Both the position numbers and the translations under genes were made by a program. The notes beneath the pieces were generated by a model. That model was not told where the DNA came from, searched no databases, and saw nothing but the letters and a program-made list of their open reading frames with translations. Of a stretch of DNA of 26,252 nt, positions 7,388 to 14,766 are shown piece after piece (within the stretch, counting starts at the first letter, position 1; each line of letters opens with the position of its first letter). Source of the DNA: Elusimicrobiota bacterium (lineage in GTDB: Bacteria > Elusimicrobiota > Elusimicrobia > Elusimicrobiales > UBA9959); NCBI GenBank assembly GCA_027340875.1, contig DAIENX010000051.1, positions 1 to 26,252 on the forward strand, written 5' to 3'.

Positions 7388-8053
7388 ATGCGTTTCGCCG
7401 CGCTGAGGACAATGTTGCTGGCCGCCGCCGCGCTTTCGAGCGCGGGGGCGGGCGCCGGTGCGGCGGACGGCATGCCCGATTTCGGCCTGGACCGGGTCAG
7501 GCTCAAGGACCTGCCCAGCTACAGGTGCGACGACGGGCCCCGGATACCGGAGCCGGTGGATACCGGCTTCTATGACGACCTCGGGCCCGGGCCGGTACGG
7601 GTGGAGAGCCTGATAAAGGTCTCCGTGAACGGGGGAGCTTCCCGTGCCGAGATATCGTTCCCTTCCCTCGGCGCCGCGGCCGGTGTCATAGGCTACCGTT
7701 CCCGGCTATTCATAAAACTCCTGCCGGGAACGGAAGGGCCTGTCCTCTCCTGGGCGGCCGTGCTCTGCTCCGGCGGCAGCTATGTCGGATATAAAGGCTC
7801 TAGCCTGCTGCTCTCGGCCTCCGAAGAGCGGCTGCTGATACGCGACGACGCGCTGGCCATGGGCTGGCAGCGGGATCGCTTGCGGAGCACTCACCCGTGG
7901 CTGGCGGGGGAGGGGTCTCTGGACGGGCTCTGTGCCTGGCACCCCGGCGTACTGCGGCGGTACTTCCCTGAGTCGCTTCCCTCCGAGAAGGAGGGGCGGC
8001 GTTTCCGCTACGATGTCGGCGCGCATCGCCTTGTCGTGACCTGGTCTAAATAG
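7388..8053 (+). CDS. Secreted hypothetical protein
   Basis: Ala-rich signal peptide, GGAGGGG SD, operonic spacing of 15 nt. No family recognised. Confidence 0.65.
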   Translation: MRFAALRTMLLAAAALSSAGAGAGAADGMPDFGLDRVRLKDLPSYRCDDGPRIPEPVDTGFYDDLGPGPVRVESLIKVSVNGGASRAEISFPSLGAAAGVIGYRSRLFIKLLPGTEGPVLSWAAVLCSGGSYVGYKGSSLLLSASEERLLIRDDALAMGWQRDRLRSTHPWLAGEGSLDGLCAWHPGVLRRYFPESLPSEKEGRRFRYDVGAHRLVVTWSK

Positions 8054-8082
8054 GACCGCCCCGGTCCTATCCGGCGTTTTTT
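8050..8082 (+). terminator. Possible intrinsic terminator
   Basis: ATAGGACCG-ccc-CGGTCCTAT hairpin over the stop codon. The T-run starts 6 nt later (8077-8082), so the spacing is non-canonical. Confidence 0.45.
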
Positions 8083-8083
8083 A

Positions 8084-8112
8084 TTGTAAAACACGGTATT
8101 TTTTGCGATAAT
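8084..8112 (+). promoter_or_regulatory. Sigma70-type promoter TTGTAA-N17-GATAAT with extended TG
   Basis: -35 at 8084-8089, TG at 8104-8105, -10 at 8107-8112, in an AT-rich island. Confidence 0.6.
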
Positions 8113-8289
8113 CTATCTGTCCGGGGTGGTTAGCCGGACGGACCGTAGCCCTTGATGAGGGAGAGGGCGCGGATTGATTCACGAACAGAGAAGGCAGATA
8201 TAGAGGCCGGCGGTTTTGTTCCGGTCAGCGGAACTGCCGTGCCGGCATGCCGCACCCATTCGATGGCCGAAGCGCTTTTCTAAGGGGAA

Positions 8290-9573
8290 ATGAACAAGTT
8301 TTCAGGGGTCAGGAACCACAAACTGCTGAAACGTCACTCGCTGGTGTCGGCCGTAATAGCCTTGCTTGCCGGCATCTTCATCTTCGCCACCAACTTCCCT
8401 TTCCCCAGGAAGCTGGGGCTCCTTTCGTTCATCGCCTCGGCCGCCTATTTCGCCTATTACCTCAGCTTCGCCTTCCTCTGCCGCAAGGACTGCGTAAAGA
8501 CCTCCGGTATAGCGCTGAGCCAGATGGGCGTAGCGGTCGTGACGCTGGCCGTGCTGTATACCGGCGGCATAGTGTCCCCGTTCATCTTCCTCTATTTCTC
8601 GCTCCTTGTCGCCGAGGCGCTGTACGGACTTCAGAACCCTTATACCATGCCGGCCGGCATAGCCGGCTACCTGCTGGTGGCCTCGGGCCATTACTACGGT
8701 TTTTTGCCCAACTATATGCCCTGGTCGCAGGACCTGCACCACTATCCGGTCACGGTGGCCTTTATCTCGCTGATAACCGCCTCCTACCTGGCGCTGACCG
8801 GGACCATGACCGGAAAGATCCTCTCCGTGATGCGCGCCAGGCTGGCCGAAGAGGCTGAGGAGAAGGAGGTCCTGGTGCGCAAGTTCTCGGAGCTTAACTC
8901 CACCACCCAGCTGGGCTTGCTGGCTCACCGCATAGCCCACGATCTGCGAGGTCCGGTAGCCTCGCTTTCCGGCTACCTGGAGGTCCAGGCGCTCGAGGAA
9001 ACGGACAAGGAGAAGCTCGACACCCTGCGCGCGATGCAGGAAACCGTGGACGAGGTCGTGAGCTCCCTTCACAATATAACCCGCTTCGGAAAGCCCGCGG
9101 GCCCCAGCAGGGAGGACATCCGCCTCGGCGACTTCGTCAGGGACCTGGCGGCCATAATCGCCTTCTCTCCAAAGGCCAGGGGGGTCAGTTTCGAGACGAA
9201 GGTCCCCATCGGGGTTAATCCGGTGGTCAACGCCTCCAAGTCCGACCTGATGCAGGCCATCTTCAACATAGTCAAGAACGCGGTAGAGGCCGTGCATGAC
9301 AACGCCGACCTCAGGAGCGTGGCTATATCCGTTTCCTCGGAGAACGGCTCCGCGGTCATAACCGTATCCGACAACGGCCCCGGCATCCCGGAGGAGCAGT
9401 TGAAGAACGTCTTCCGCCGGTCGGTGACCACCAAGCCGGACGGCACCGGGGTCGGCCTGCTGATAACCAGGGACCTGTTGATACGCAACGGCGGGGACAT
9501 AAAGCTGCACAACCTGCCTTCGGGCGGGCTCAGCGTGATAGTGGAGCTGCCGGCGGCGCCTGACGGCGCATGA
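8290..9573 (+). CDS. Membrane sensor histidine kinase, paralog of 3211..4509
   Basis: About 6 TM helices with LYTGGIVSPF. H-box HDLRGPV, N-box NIVKNAVEA, G1 DNGPGIP, G2 GTGVGL. Confidence 0.93.
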   Translation: MNKFSGVRNHKLLKRHSLVSAVIALLAGIFIFATNFPFPRKLGLLSFIASAAYFAYYLSFAFLCRKDCVKTSGIALSQMGVAVVTLAVLYTGGIVSPFIFLYFSLLVAEALYGLQNPYTMPAGIAGYLLVASGHYYGFLPNYMPWSQDLHHYPVTVAFISLITASYLALTGTMTGKILSVMRARLAEEAEEKEVLVRKFSELNSTTQLGLLAHRIAHDLRGPVASLSGYLEVQALEETDKEKLDTLRAMQETVDEVVSSLHNITRFGKPAGPSREDIRLGDFVRDLAAIIAFSPKARGVSFETKVPIGVNPVVNASKSDLMQAIFNIVKNAVEAVHDNADLRSVAISVSSENGSAVITVSDNGPGIPEEQLKNVFRRSVTTKPDGTGVGLLITRDLLIRNGGDIKLHNLPSGGLSVIVELPAAPDGA

Positions 9574-9596
9574 TACACCAAAGGACTGCGATATAT

Positions 9597-10859
9597 ATGA
9601 AAAACAACCTGAAAGACCTGATGACACTTTCCGCCCTGGCGGCGCTGGCCTGCGCGTCCGCCCCGGTCCCCGCCGGCGCGTCGGGCTACGAGTTCGACGG
9701 CGTAGGCGCGCGGGCCGTGGCCCGCGGCGGCGCGGTGATAGCCGACGCCCCGGACTGGACCGCGATCTACTGGAACCCGGCCAACCTGGCGGACGTGAAG
9801 GGCCGCGAGGCCGGCCTGGAGCTGAAGGCCGGCAAGAGCTACATGCGCGACGGCAACTCCTTCAACGTCTCCGGCACCGGCGGCCTGTTCCGCGAGAAGA
9901 AGATGGATTCCTCCTTCTTCTTCGGCTCGGTCGGCTCGGCCGTTCCGCTGGACGACAACTCGGCGCTCGGCGTGGGCGTCTACATGCCGCTGCTGCAGGG
10001 TTCCAACTTCAAGGACTCCAATCCCGTCTCTCCCGTCTTCAGCTCGATAGACTACGAAGGCAGCGCCGCGATAGCCGAAGCCAACGTCTCCTATGCCCGC
10101 AGGCTGACCGACAAGCTCACCGGCGCGGCCGGTCTCGGCCTGGTCTACGGCCAGCTCAAGTCCGATCTGACGATGGATTACACCCTGATCCTGCCCGGTC
10201 CTATAGTGGTCGGCCCCGACCACCTGACCCGCAAGCTCGACGGCGATGGCTACGGGGCCGAGGCGGTGCTCGGCGCAAAATACGCGGTGAGCGGCTCTCT
10301 TTCGCTCGGGGCCGTGTTCCGCTCCGGTTCCAAGGTGAAGATAGAGGGCAGCGCCGACGGGACTTCCACCAACCTGGGGGCCCAGAACACCGACTTCAAG
10401 TTCACGCTGAAGCAGCCGCCCACCTCCGGCATAGGCGCGGCCTGGAAGTACCGCAAGGACCTGACGCTGACGCTGGACCTCGCCCAGACCTGGTGGCGCG
10501 GCTTCTCGAACAAGACCACCTATAAGGTCCAGGGCAACATCTTCACGGACCAGGGTAATACCTTCGACTGGAAGAATTCCTTCAAGTACCGCGCGGGCGT
10601 CCTGTGGAACTACAGCGACAGCACCGACTTCATGGCCGGCTACGCCTACGACACGCCGGCCATCGACGCCGGCAGCCTCGACCTCTCTACGGCCATCGAC
10701 GTGCCCATGCACCGTCTCTCCGCCGCGGCCAGCCGCCGCTGGGGCGGGCTGGAGGGCACCCTCGGCGGCCTGTTCGGGTATAATTCCAGGAACGCCGGCG
10801 GGGTCAACTACCGCCTGGGCGGCTGGTACCTGATCGGCGAGCTTAAGTATAAATTCTGA
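9597..10859 (+). CDS. OmpP1/FadL/TodX family outer-membrane transporter
   Basis: Signal peptide, then ASGYEFDGVGARAVARGGAVIADAPDWTAIYWNPANL (hatch domain with NPA). Amphipathic beta-strands, AGYAYD, C-terminal YKF. Start is 9597 (AAGGA SD) or 9570. Confidence 0.88.
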   Translation: MKNNLKDLMTLSALAALACASAPVPAGASGYEFDGVGARAVARGGAVIADAPDWTAIYWNPANLADVKGREAGLELKAGKSYMRDGNSFNVSGTGGLFREKKMDSSFFFGSVGSAVPLDDNSALGVGVYMPLLQGSNFKDSNPVSPVFSSIDYEGSAAIAEANVSYARRLTDKLTGAAGLGLVYGQLKSDLTMDYTLILPGPIVVGPDHLTRKLDGDGYGAEAVLGAKYAVSGSLSLGAVFRSGSKVKIEGSADGTSTNLGAQNTDFKFTLKQPPTSGIGAAWKYRKDLTLTLDLAQTWWRGFSNKTTYKVQGNIFTDQGNTFDWKNSFKYRAGVLWNYSDSTDFMAGYAYDTPAIDAGSLDLSTAIDVPMHRLSAAASRRWGGLEGTLGGLFGYNSRNAGGVNYRLGGWYLIGELKYKF

Positions 10860-10883
10860 CGCGATTTTAGTATCATAGATAAA

Positions 10884-11003
10884 CGCAGAAGGAACGGGGT
10901 GCGAATCCCCGGCTGCCCCGCAACGGTGATGCTGACGGCTGAGGCCGCCTGAAGCGCATAGCGCTTGAAGCGGCACGGCCATAGGCCAGCCCGGTCTACT
11001 GCG
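10884..11003 (+). promoter_or_regulatory. Cobalamin riboswitch aptamer
   Basis: GGAACGGGGTGCGAATCCCCGGCTGCCCCGCAACGGT core and AGCCCGG 3' box. Closing helix CGCAG/CTGCG. Lies upstream of btuFCD-like genes. Confidence 0.9.
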
Positions 11004-11034
11004 GACCCCGCGAGGGGTATTTCCGAGGGGAAAC

Positions 11035-11067
11035 AAGGGCCCTTTCTCTTTGGAAAGGGCCTTTTTT
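11035..11067 (+). terminator. Riboswitch expression platform: terminator / SD-sequestering hairpin
   Basis: AAGGGCCCTTTC-tctttg-GAAAGGGCCTTT running into a T-tract that abuts the ATG at 11068. Confidence 0.75.
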
Positions 11068-11880
11068 ATGCGCGAAATATTACTGCTCCTGCTGCTCTGC
11101 TCCCCGCTGTCCGCCCGCGCTGAAGGAAAGCGCGTCGTCTCGCTGATGCCCTCCTACACGGAGATAATCTTCGCGCTCGGGGCTGGTAAGGACCTGGTCG
11201 GGGTCTCCAATTTCTGCAACTATCCTCCGGAGACGGCGAAGATAGAGAAGGCCGGCGACTACCTGCGTCCGAACCTGGAGAAGGTATATTCGCTCAAGCC
11301 GGACATCGTCTTCACCGGCGCCTGGGCGTCCGCTTCCACCGCCAAGCAGCTTTCCTCGCTCGGCATAAAGGTGGTCACGCTGCCGGAAGAGAAGAAGGTC
11401 GAAGACATCCTGACCACCGTGAGGCTTATCGCCGGAGAGCTCGGCTTGAAGAAGGAGGGGGAGAAGCTGGCTAAGAGGCTTTCCTCCTCGCTGCCTAAAG
11501 CCCGGGACGGGAAGCCGGTGAAGGTCTATATAGAGGCCGACTCGGGCGGCTGGACCACCGGCGGAGAGTCCTTCCTCTCCGATGCCGTTGCCAAAGCCGG
11601 AGGCGTAAACGTCTTCGGCGGCGAGAAGCGCGGCTATTTCCAGGCCACCTGGGAAGAGGTACTGCTGATGGACCCGAAGGCCGTGATATTGCTCAACGGC
11701 GTCAGGGATGAATTCATTTCAAGACCGATGGCGAAGGACATGGCCGCCGTGAAGGACGGCCGCGTGATAACCGGGCTGGACCGCGACGCTTTCTCCCGCC
11801 CGGGCCCAAGACTCTTCGGGGAGATAAAGAAGCTGGCCGCCCTGCTGGCGCCGGCAGGCCGCGCTGATGACAAAAGGTAA
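11068..11880 (+). CDS. btuF: Cobalamin ABC transporter substrate-binding protein (helical-backbone family)
   Basis: Signal peptide MREILLLLLLCSPLSARA. RVVSLMPSYTEIIFALG...VGVSNFCNYP, PNLEKVYSLKPD, SRPGPR. Under a cobalamin riboswitch. Confidence 0.87.
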   Translation: MREILLLLLLCSPLSARAEGKRVVSLMPSYTEIIFALGAGKDLVGVSNFCNYPPETAKIEKAGDYLRPNLEKVYSLKPDIVFTGAWASASTAKQLSSLGIKVVTLPEEKKVEDILTTVRLIAGELGLKKEGEKLAKRLSSSLPKARDGKPVKVYIEADSGGWTTGGESFLSDAVAKAGGVNVFGGEKRGYFQATWEEVLLMDPKAVILLNGVRDEFISRPMAKDMAAVKDGRVITGLDRDAFSRPGPRLFGEIKKLAALLAPAGRADDKR

Positions 11881-12802
11881 ATATCTGCTGCTGCCGGCGG
11901 CACTGGCCGCCGCCTGCCTGCTGTCGCTGGCCGCGGGCCCGGCCGGCCTGTCCCCGGAGATCATCTGGAACCTGCGCCTGCCGCGCACGCTGGCCGCGCT
12001 GGCCGTCGGCGCCGGCCTCGGGCTGGCTGGGGCGCTGTTCCAGGGCGTGCTGAAGAACCCGCTCAGCGATCCGTACATCCTAGGCACTTCCGCCGGAGCC
12101 ACCGCCGCCGCGGTGCTCTGCTTCATCGCGGGCGTGGATAGGGATTCTCCGCTGTTCTTCCTGGCCGTGTTCACGGGCGCCTTCGGGGCCACCTTCCTTT
12201 CCTATTGGCTGGCCAGGCTGGCCGGCCGACTCTCCGACGCCTCGCTGGTGCTTGCCGGCGTGGCCGTAAGCGCTTTTCTGACCGCGCTGGTAATGCTTAC
12301 CCTCACCGCCGCCCGGGAGCGCTCTTTCTCCCTGTTCTACTTCGTGCTGGGCGGCCTGTACATGGCGCGCCCCGGGGTGCTTATCGCCTCCGGCGTTATT
12401 ATCGCGGTCTGCGGCGGGCTGGCGCTTGTCCGCTGGCGGGCGCTGGACGCGATGTCGCTAGGGGCGCAGAGCGCGTATCATCTCGGGGTCAGTCCAGAGA
12501 AGGAACGGATACTCTTCTTCGTCTTCGCCTGCGCTGCCACCTCGGCGGCGGTAGCCCTCGGCGGCACTATAGGTTTCGTCGGGCTGATGACGCCGCATAT
12601 CGTGCGTCTGCTGACCGGGCCGTCCTCGAGGACGCTGGTGCCCGCTTCGGCCATAGGCGGCGCGGCCCTCCTGGCCGCCGCGGACGCGGCCGGGCGCTCG
12701 CTGTTCGCCCCGGCGGAGATCCCGGCCGGGGTAGTGATGGCGCTGGCGGGGGCGCCGTTCTTCATGTGGCTGCTCTGGAGATCCGCCAGGGGGAGGACCT
12801 GA
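11867..12802 (+). CDS. btuC: FecCD/BtuC-family ABC permease
   Basis: LRLPR, QGVLKNPLSDPYILGTSAGA, IGFVGLMTPH, EIPAG. Confidence 0.88.
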   Translation: MTKGKYLLLPAALAAACLLSLAAGPAGLSPEIIWNLRLPRTLAALAVGAGLGLAGALFQGVLKNPLSDPYILGTSAGATAAAVLCFIAGVDRDSPLFFLAVFTGAFGATFLSYWLARLAGRLSDASLVLAGVAVSAFLTALVMLTLTAARERSFSLFYFVLGGLYMARPGVLIASGVIIAVCGGLALVRWRALDAMSLGAQSAYHLGVSPEKERILFFVFACAATSAAVALGGTIGFVGLMTPHIVRLLTGPSSRTLVPASAIGGAALLAAADAAGRSLFAPAEIPAGVVMALAGAPFFMWLLWRSARGRT

Positions 12803-13545
12803 TGCCGGCGCTGAAGGTGGAGGGGCTTACCTTCTCCTACGGCGGCGCGCCGCTGATCTCCGGCATGTCCTTCGCGCTGCTGCCGGGGGACTTCATGTGC
12901 GTCCTGGGCCCGAACGGTTCAGGCAAGTCAACGCTGCTCAGGCTCATAACCGGCTTCCAGGGCGGCGCGTCCGGTTCCGTGAGGATAGGCGGACAGGAGG
13001 TCAAGGGCCTTGATCCCGATCGTCTGGCCCGTCTGCTCGCCTACGTTCCCAGCGAGACCTTTACCCCCTATGATTTCTCCGTCCGGGAGGCTGTGCTGCT
13101 GGGCCGCACGGCCAGAGCCGGCCTCTGGCGCGGCTATTCCGCGGCCGACCAGGAGGCGGCGGACAGGGCGCTGGAGGAGACGGGGATAGCCAGGCTGGCC
13201 GGCCGCTCTATTAACACGCTTTCCACCGGAGAACGGCAGCTCGCTTTCATCGCGCAGGCACTGGCGCAGGAGACTGGGGTCCTGCTGCTGGACGAGCCGA
13301 CCTCCCATCTCGACCTCAGGTACAAGGCCGCCGTCCTGGACCTGCTTAAGCGCCTCACCGTGCGCGGGATGGCCGTGGCGGCCGTCCTGCACGAGCCCGC
13401 TCTGGCCCGCCTCGGCTGCAACAAGGCGCTGCTCTTCCGCGGCGGGGGTGGATATTCCTTCGGTTCCGCCGCGGAGATGCTCTCCCCCGGAGCGCTCGCC
13501 GCGGTGTACGGCATACCGCCCGAATCTCCGCTCATCCCCAGATAG
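12802..13545 (+). CDS. btuD: ABC transporter ATP-binding protein (FecE/BtuD type)
   Basis: True start is ATG 12802 (TGATG overlap, GGAGG SD). Walker A GPNGSGKS, signature LSTGE, Walker B LLLDEPT, H-loop. Confidence 0.87.
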   Translation: MPALKVEGLTFSYGGAPLISGMSFALLPGDFMCVLGPNGSGKSTLLRLITGFQGGASGSVRIGGQEVKGLDPDRLARLLAYVPSETFTPYDFSVREAVLLGRTARAGLWRGYSAADQEAADRALEETGIARLAGRSINTLSTGERQLAFIAQALAQETGVLLLDEPTSHLDLRYKAAVLDLLKRLTVRGMAVAAVLHEPALARLGCNKALLFRGGGGYSFGSAAEMLSPGALAAVYGIPPESPLIPR

Positions 13546-13567
13546 GCCAGGACCGGGCCTTAGCAAA

Positions 13568-13598
13568 GAAGAAGGGCGCCATAAGGCGCCCTTTTTTC
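13568..13598. terminator. Bidirectional intrinsic terminator
   Basis: GAAGAAGGGCGCC-ataa-GGCGCCCTTTTTTC between convergent genes. Confidence 0.88.
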
Positions 13599-13617
13599 TG
13601 CCGCGCTGGTGTGCCGG

Positions 13618-14574
13618 TTATTTAGAGGCGGCCTCGCCGAGCTGCTTCATCGCCGCAGCGTCTGCGGGGTTGTAGGGATAATCCTGCATCCGGAACTCTG
13701 GAGTAGGAGTGTAGACCACCGGCAGCTCTATCTCGCCGTTCACCATGGGCTCCACGCCGCGCTTCGGAGCCGGGATGGTCAGGGTCTGCGTGCCGTCCAG
13801 CGTGGTGAAGACCTGTATCTTGGCGGCCATGAGCCTGTCCAGGGTCTCCTTGTGCGGGTGGCCGAACTTGTTGTCCTGGCCCACCGAGATGATGGCCACG
13901 CTGGGCTGGACGCGCTCAAGGAACTTGGCGGAAGTTGAATAGCGCGAGCCGTGGTGCCCGACCTTAAGGTACGTGGAGTTTAGGCCCGACTTGAAGATGC
14001 GCATCATCGCGTTCTCGATCTCGGTCTGGGCGTCGCCCATCAGCAGGATGCCGTTGCCGTTGTAGAAGAGGCGCAGGACTATCGAGCAGTTGTTGATCGG
14101 GGTATTGTCCTTGGACGATACCGGGGAGGTGCAGGAGTTCAGGACCTTCACGGTCACGTTGCGGTCCCAGTTCAGCTGGTCGCCGGGTTCCGGATAGATG
14201 GTCCTGCAGCCGGGCTCGGACTGGGCCAGCTGGCGCAGGGTATCGTCGCCCTGGGCGTCGGTGTTGTTCATCCTAGTGTCGTAGAATTCGTTGACCTGGA
14301 ACTTCTTGAAGACCTCGAGCAGGCCGATGTAGTGGTCGCTGTGCGGGTGGGTGAGCACTACATGGTCTATCTTGGTCACGCCCTTGGATTTCAGGAAGTT
14401 GCGTATAGACTCGCCGTTAGGGCCGCCGTCTATCAGGGCGTTATGCCCGTTCGGCAGCTCTATGTAGATGGCATCGCCCTGGCCGACGTCCACGAAAGTG
14501 GCCGTCAGCTGGGCCCTGGCGGCCGAAGCTCCGAGCAGCAGGAAGGCGAGTAAGGCTGTGAACTTTTTCATCAT
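13618..14574 (-). CDS. Secreted ComEC/Rec2-like metallo-beta-lactamase-fold hydrolase (stand-alone)
   Basis: Signal peptide MMKKFTALLAFLLLGASAARA. FVDVGQGDA, LIDGG, THPHSDH, LLMGD, KVGHHGS, NKFGHP. GGAG SD. Confidence 0.9.
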   Translation of the reverse strand: MMKKFTALLAFLLLGASAARAQLTATFVDVGQGDAIYIELPNGHNALIDGGPNGESIRNFLKSKGVTKIDHVVLTHPHSDHYIGLLEVFKKFQVNEFYDTRMNNTDAQGDDTLRQLAQSEPGCRTIYPEPGDQLNWDRNVTVKVLNSCTSPVSSKDNTPINNCSIVLRLFYNGNGILLMGDAQTEIENAMMRIFKSGLNSTYLKVGHHGSRYSTSAKFLERVQPSVAIISVGQDNKFGHPHKETLDRLMAAKIQVFTTLDGTQTLTIPAPKRGVEPMVNGEIELPVVYTPTPEFRMQDYPYNPADAAAMKQLGEAASK

Positions 14575-14630
14575 TTCTCCGTTGCTGGCTGCAATTTGCC
14601 CGCGCAATATTGTAATGCGCGCGGCGGGGG

Positions 14631-14644
14631 TTGACCAGCGTCAA
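14631..14644. promoter_or_regulatory. Palindrome TTGAC-cagc-GTCAA, candidate operator
   Basis: A perfect inverted repeat over the -35 region of a minus-strand TACAAT (-10 at 14609-14614), in the divergent intergenic region. Confidence 0.45.
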
Positions 14645-14731
14645 AGGGCCTAGCCCGGCCGTGTCAATGGACCTATATTTGATAAGTCAATATATAGGCC
14701 CTTTGGCCCCTCAATGGGGGACTTACAGCCC

Positions 14732-14760
14732 TTGTTGATATTAACGCGTACGGATAAAAT
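14732..14760 (+). promoter_or_regulatory. Sigma70-type promoter TTGTTG-N17-TAAAAT, probably giving a leaderless mRNA
   Basis: The -10 ends 6 nt before the ATG at 14767. No SD. Confidence 0.55.
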
Positions 14761-14766
14761 AGATAC

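Noticed and set aside
8148..8190. Possible hammerhead ribozyme (TTGATGAG...GAAC)
   Set aside because: The core deviates from CUGANGA and GAAA, and I could not build the three-stem junction.
9069..11036. 655-aa minus-strand ORF, and similar long antisense ORFs (3220..4653, 8302..9627, 14650..16083, 16993..18435, 19625..21133)
   Set aside because: These are shadow frames of well-supported genes in high-GC DNA, with no recognisable motifs.
12205..12801. Long N-terminal extension of the ABC ATPase ORF
   Set aside because: It is an alternate frame within btuC. The real start is ATG 12802, with an SD and stop-start overlap.
13618..14574. Calling the MBL gene comEC or an antibiotic beta-lactamase
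   Set aside because: It has no multi-TM competence domain, and its motifs match the ComEC-like hydrolase subgroup rather than class B beta-lactamases.
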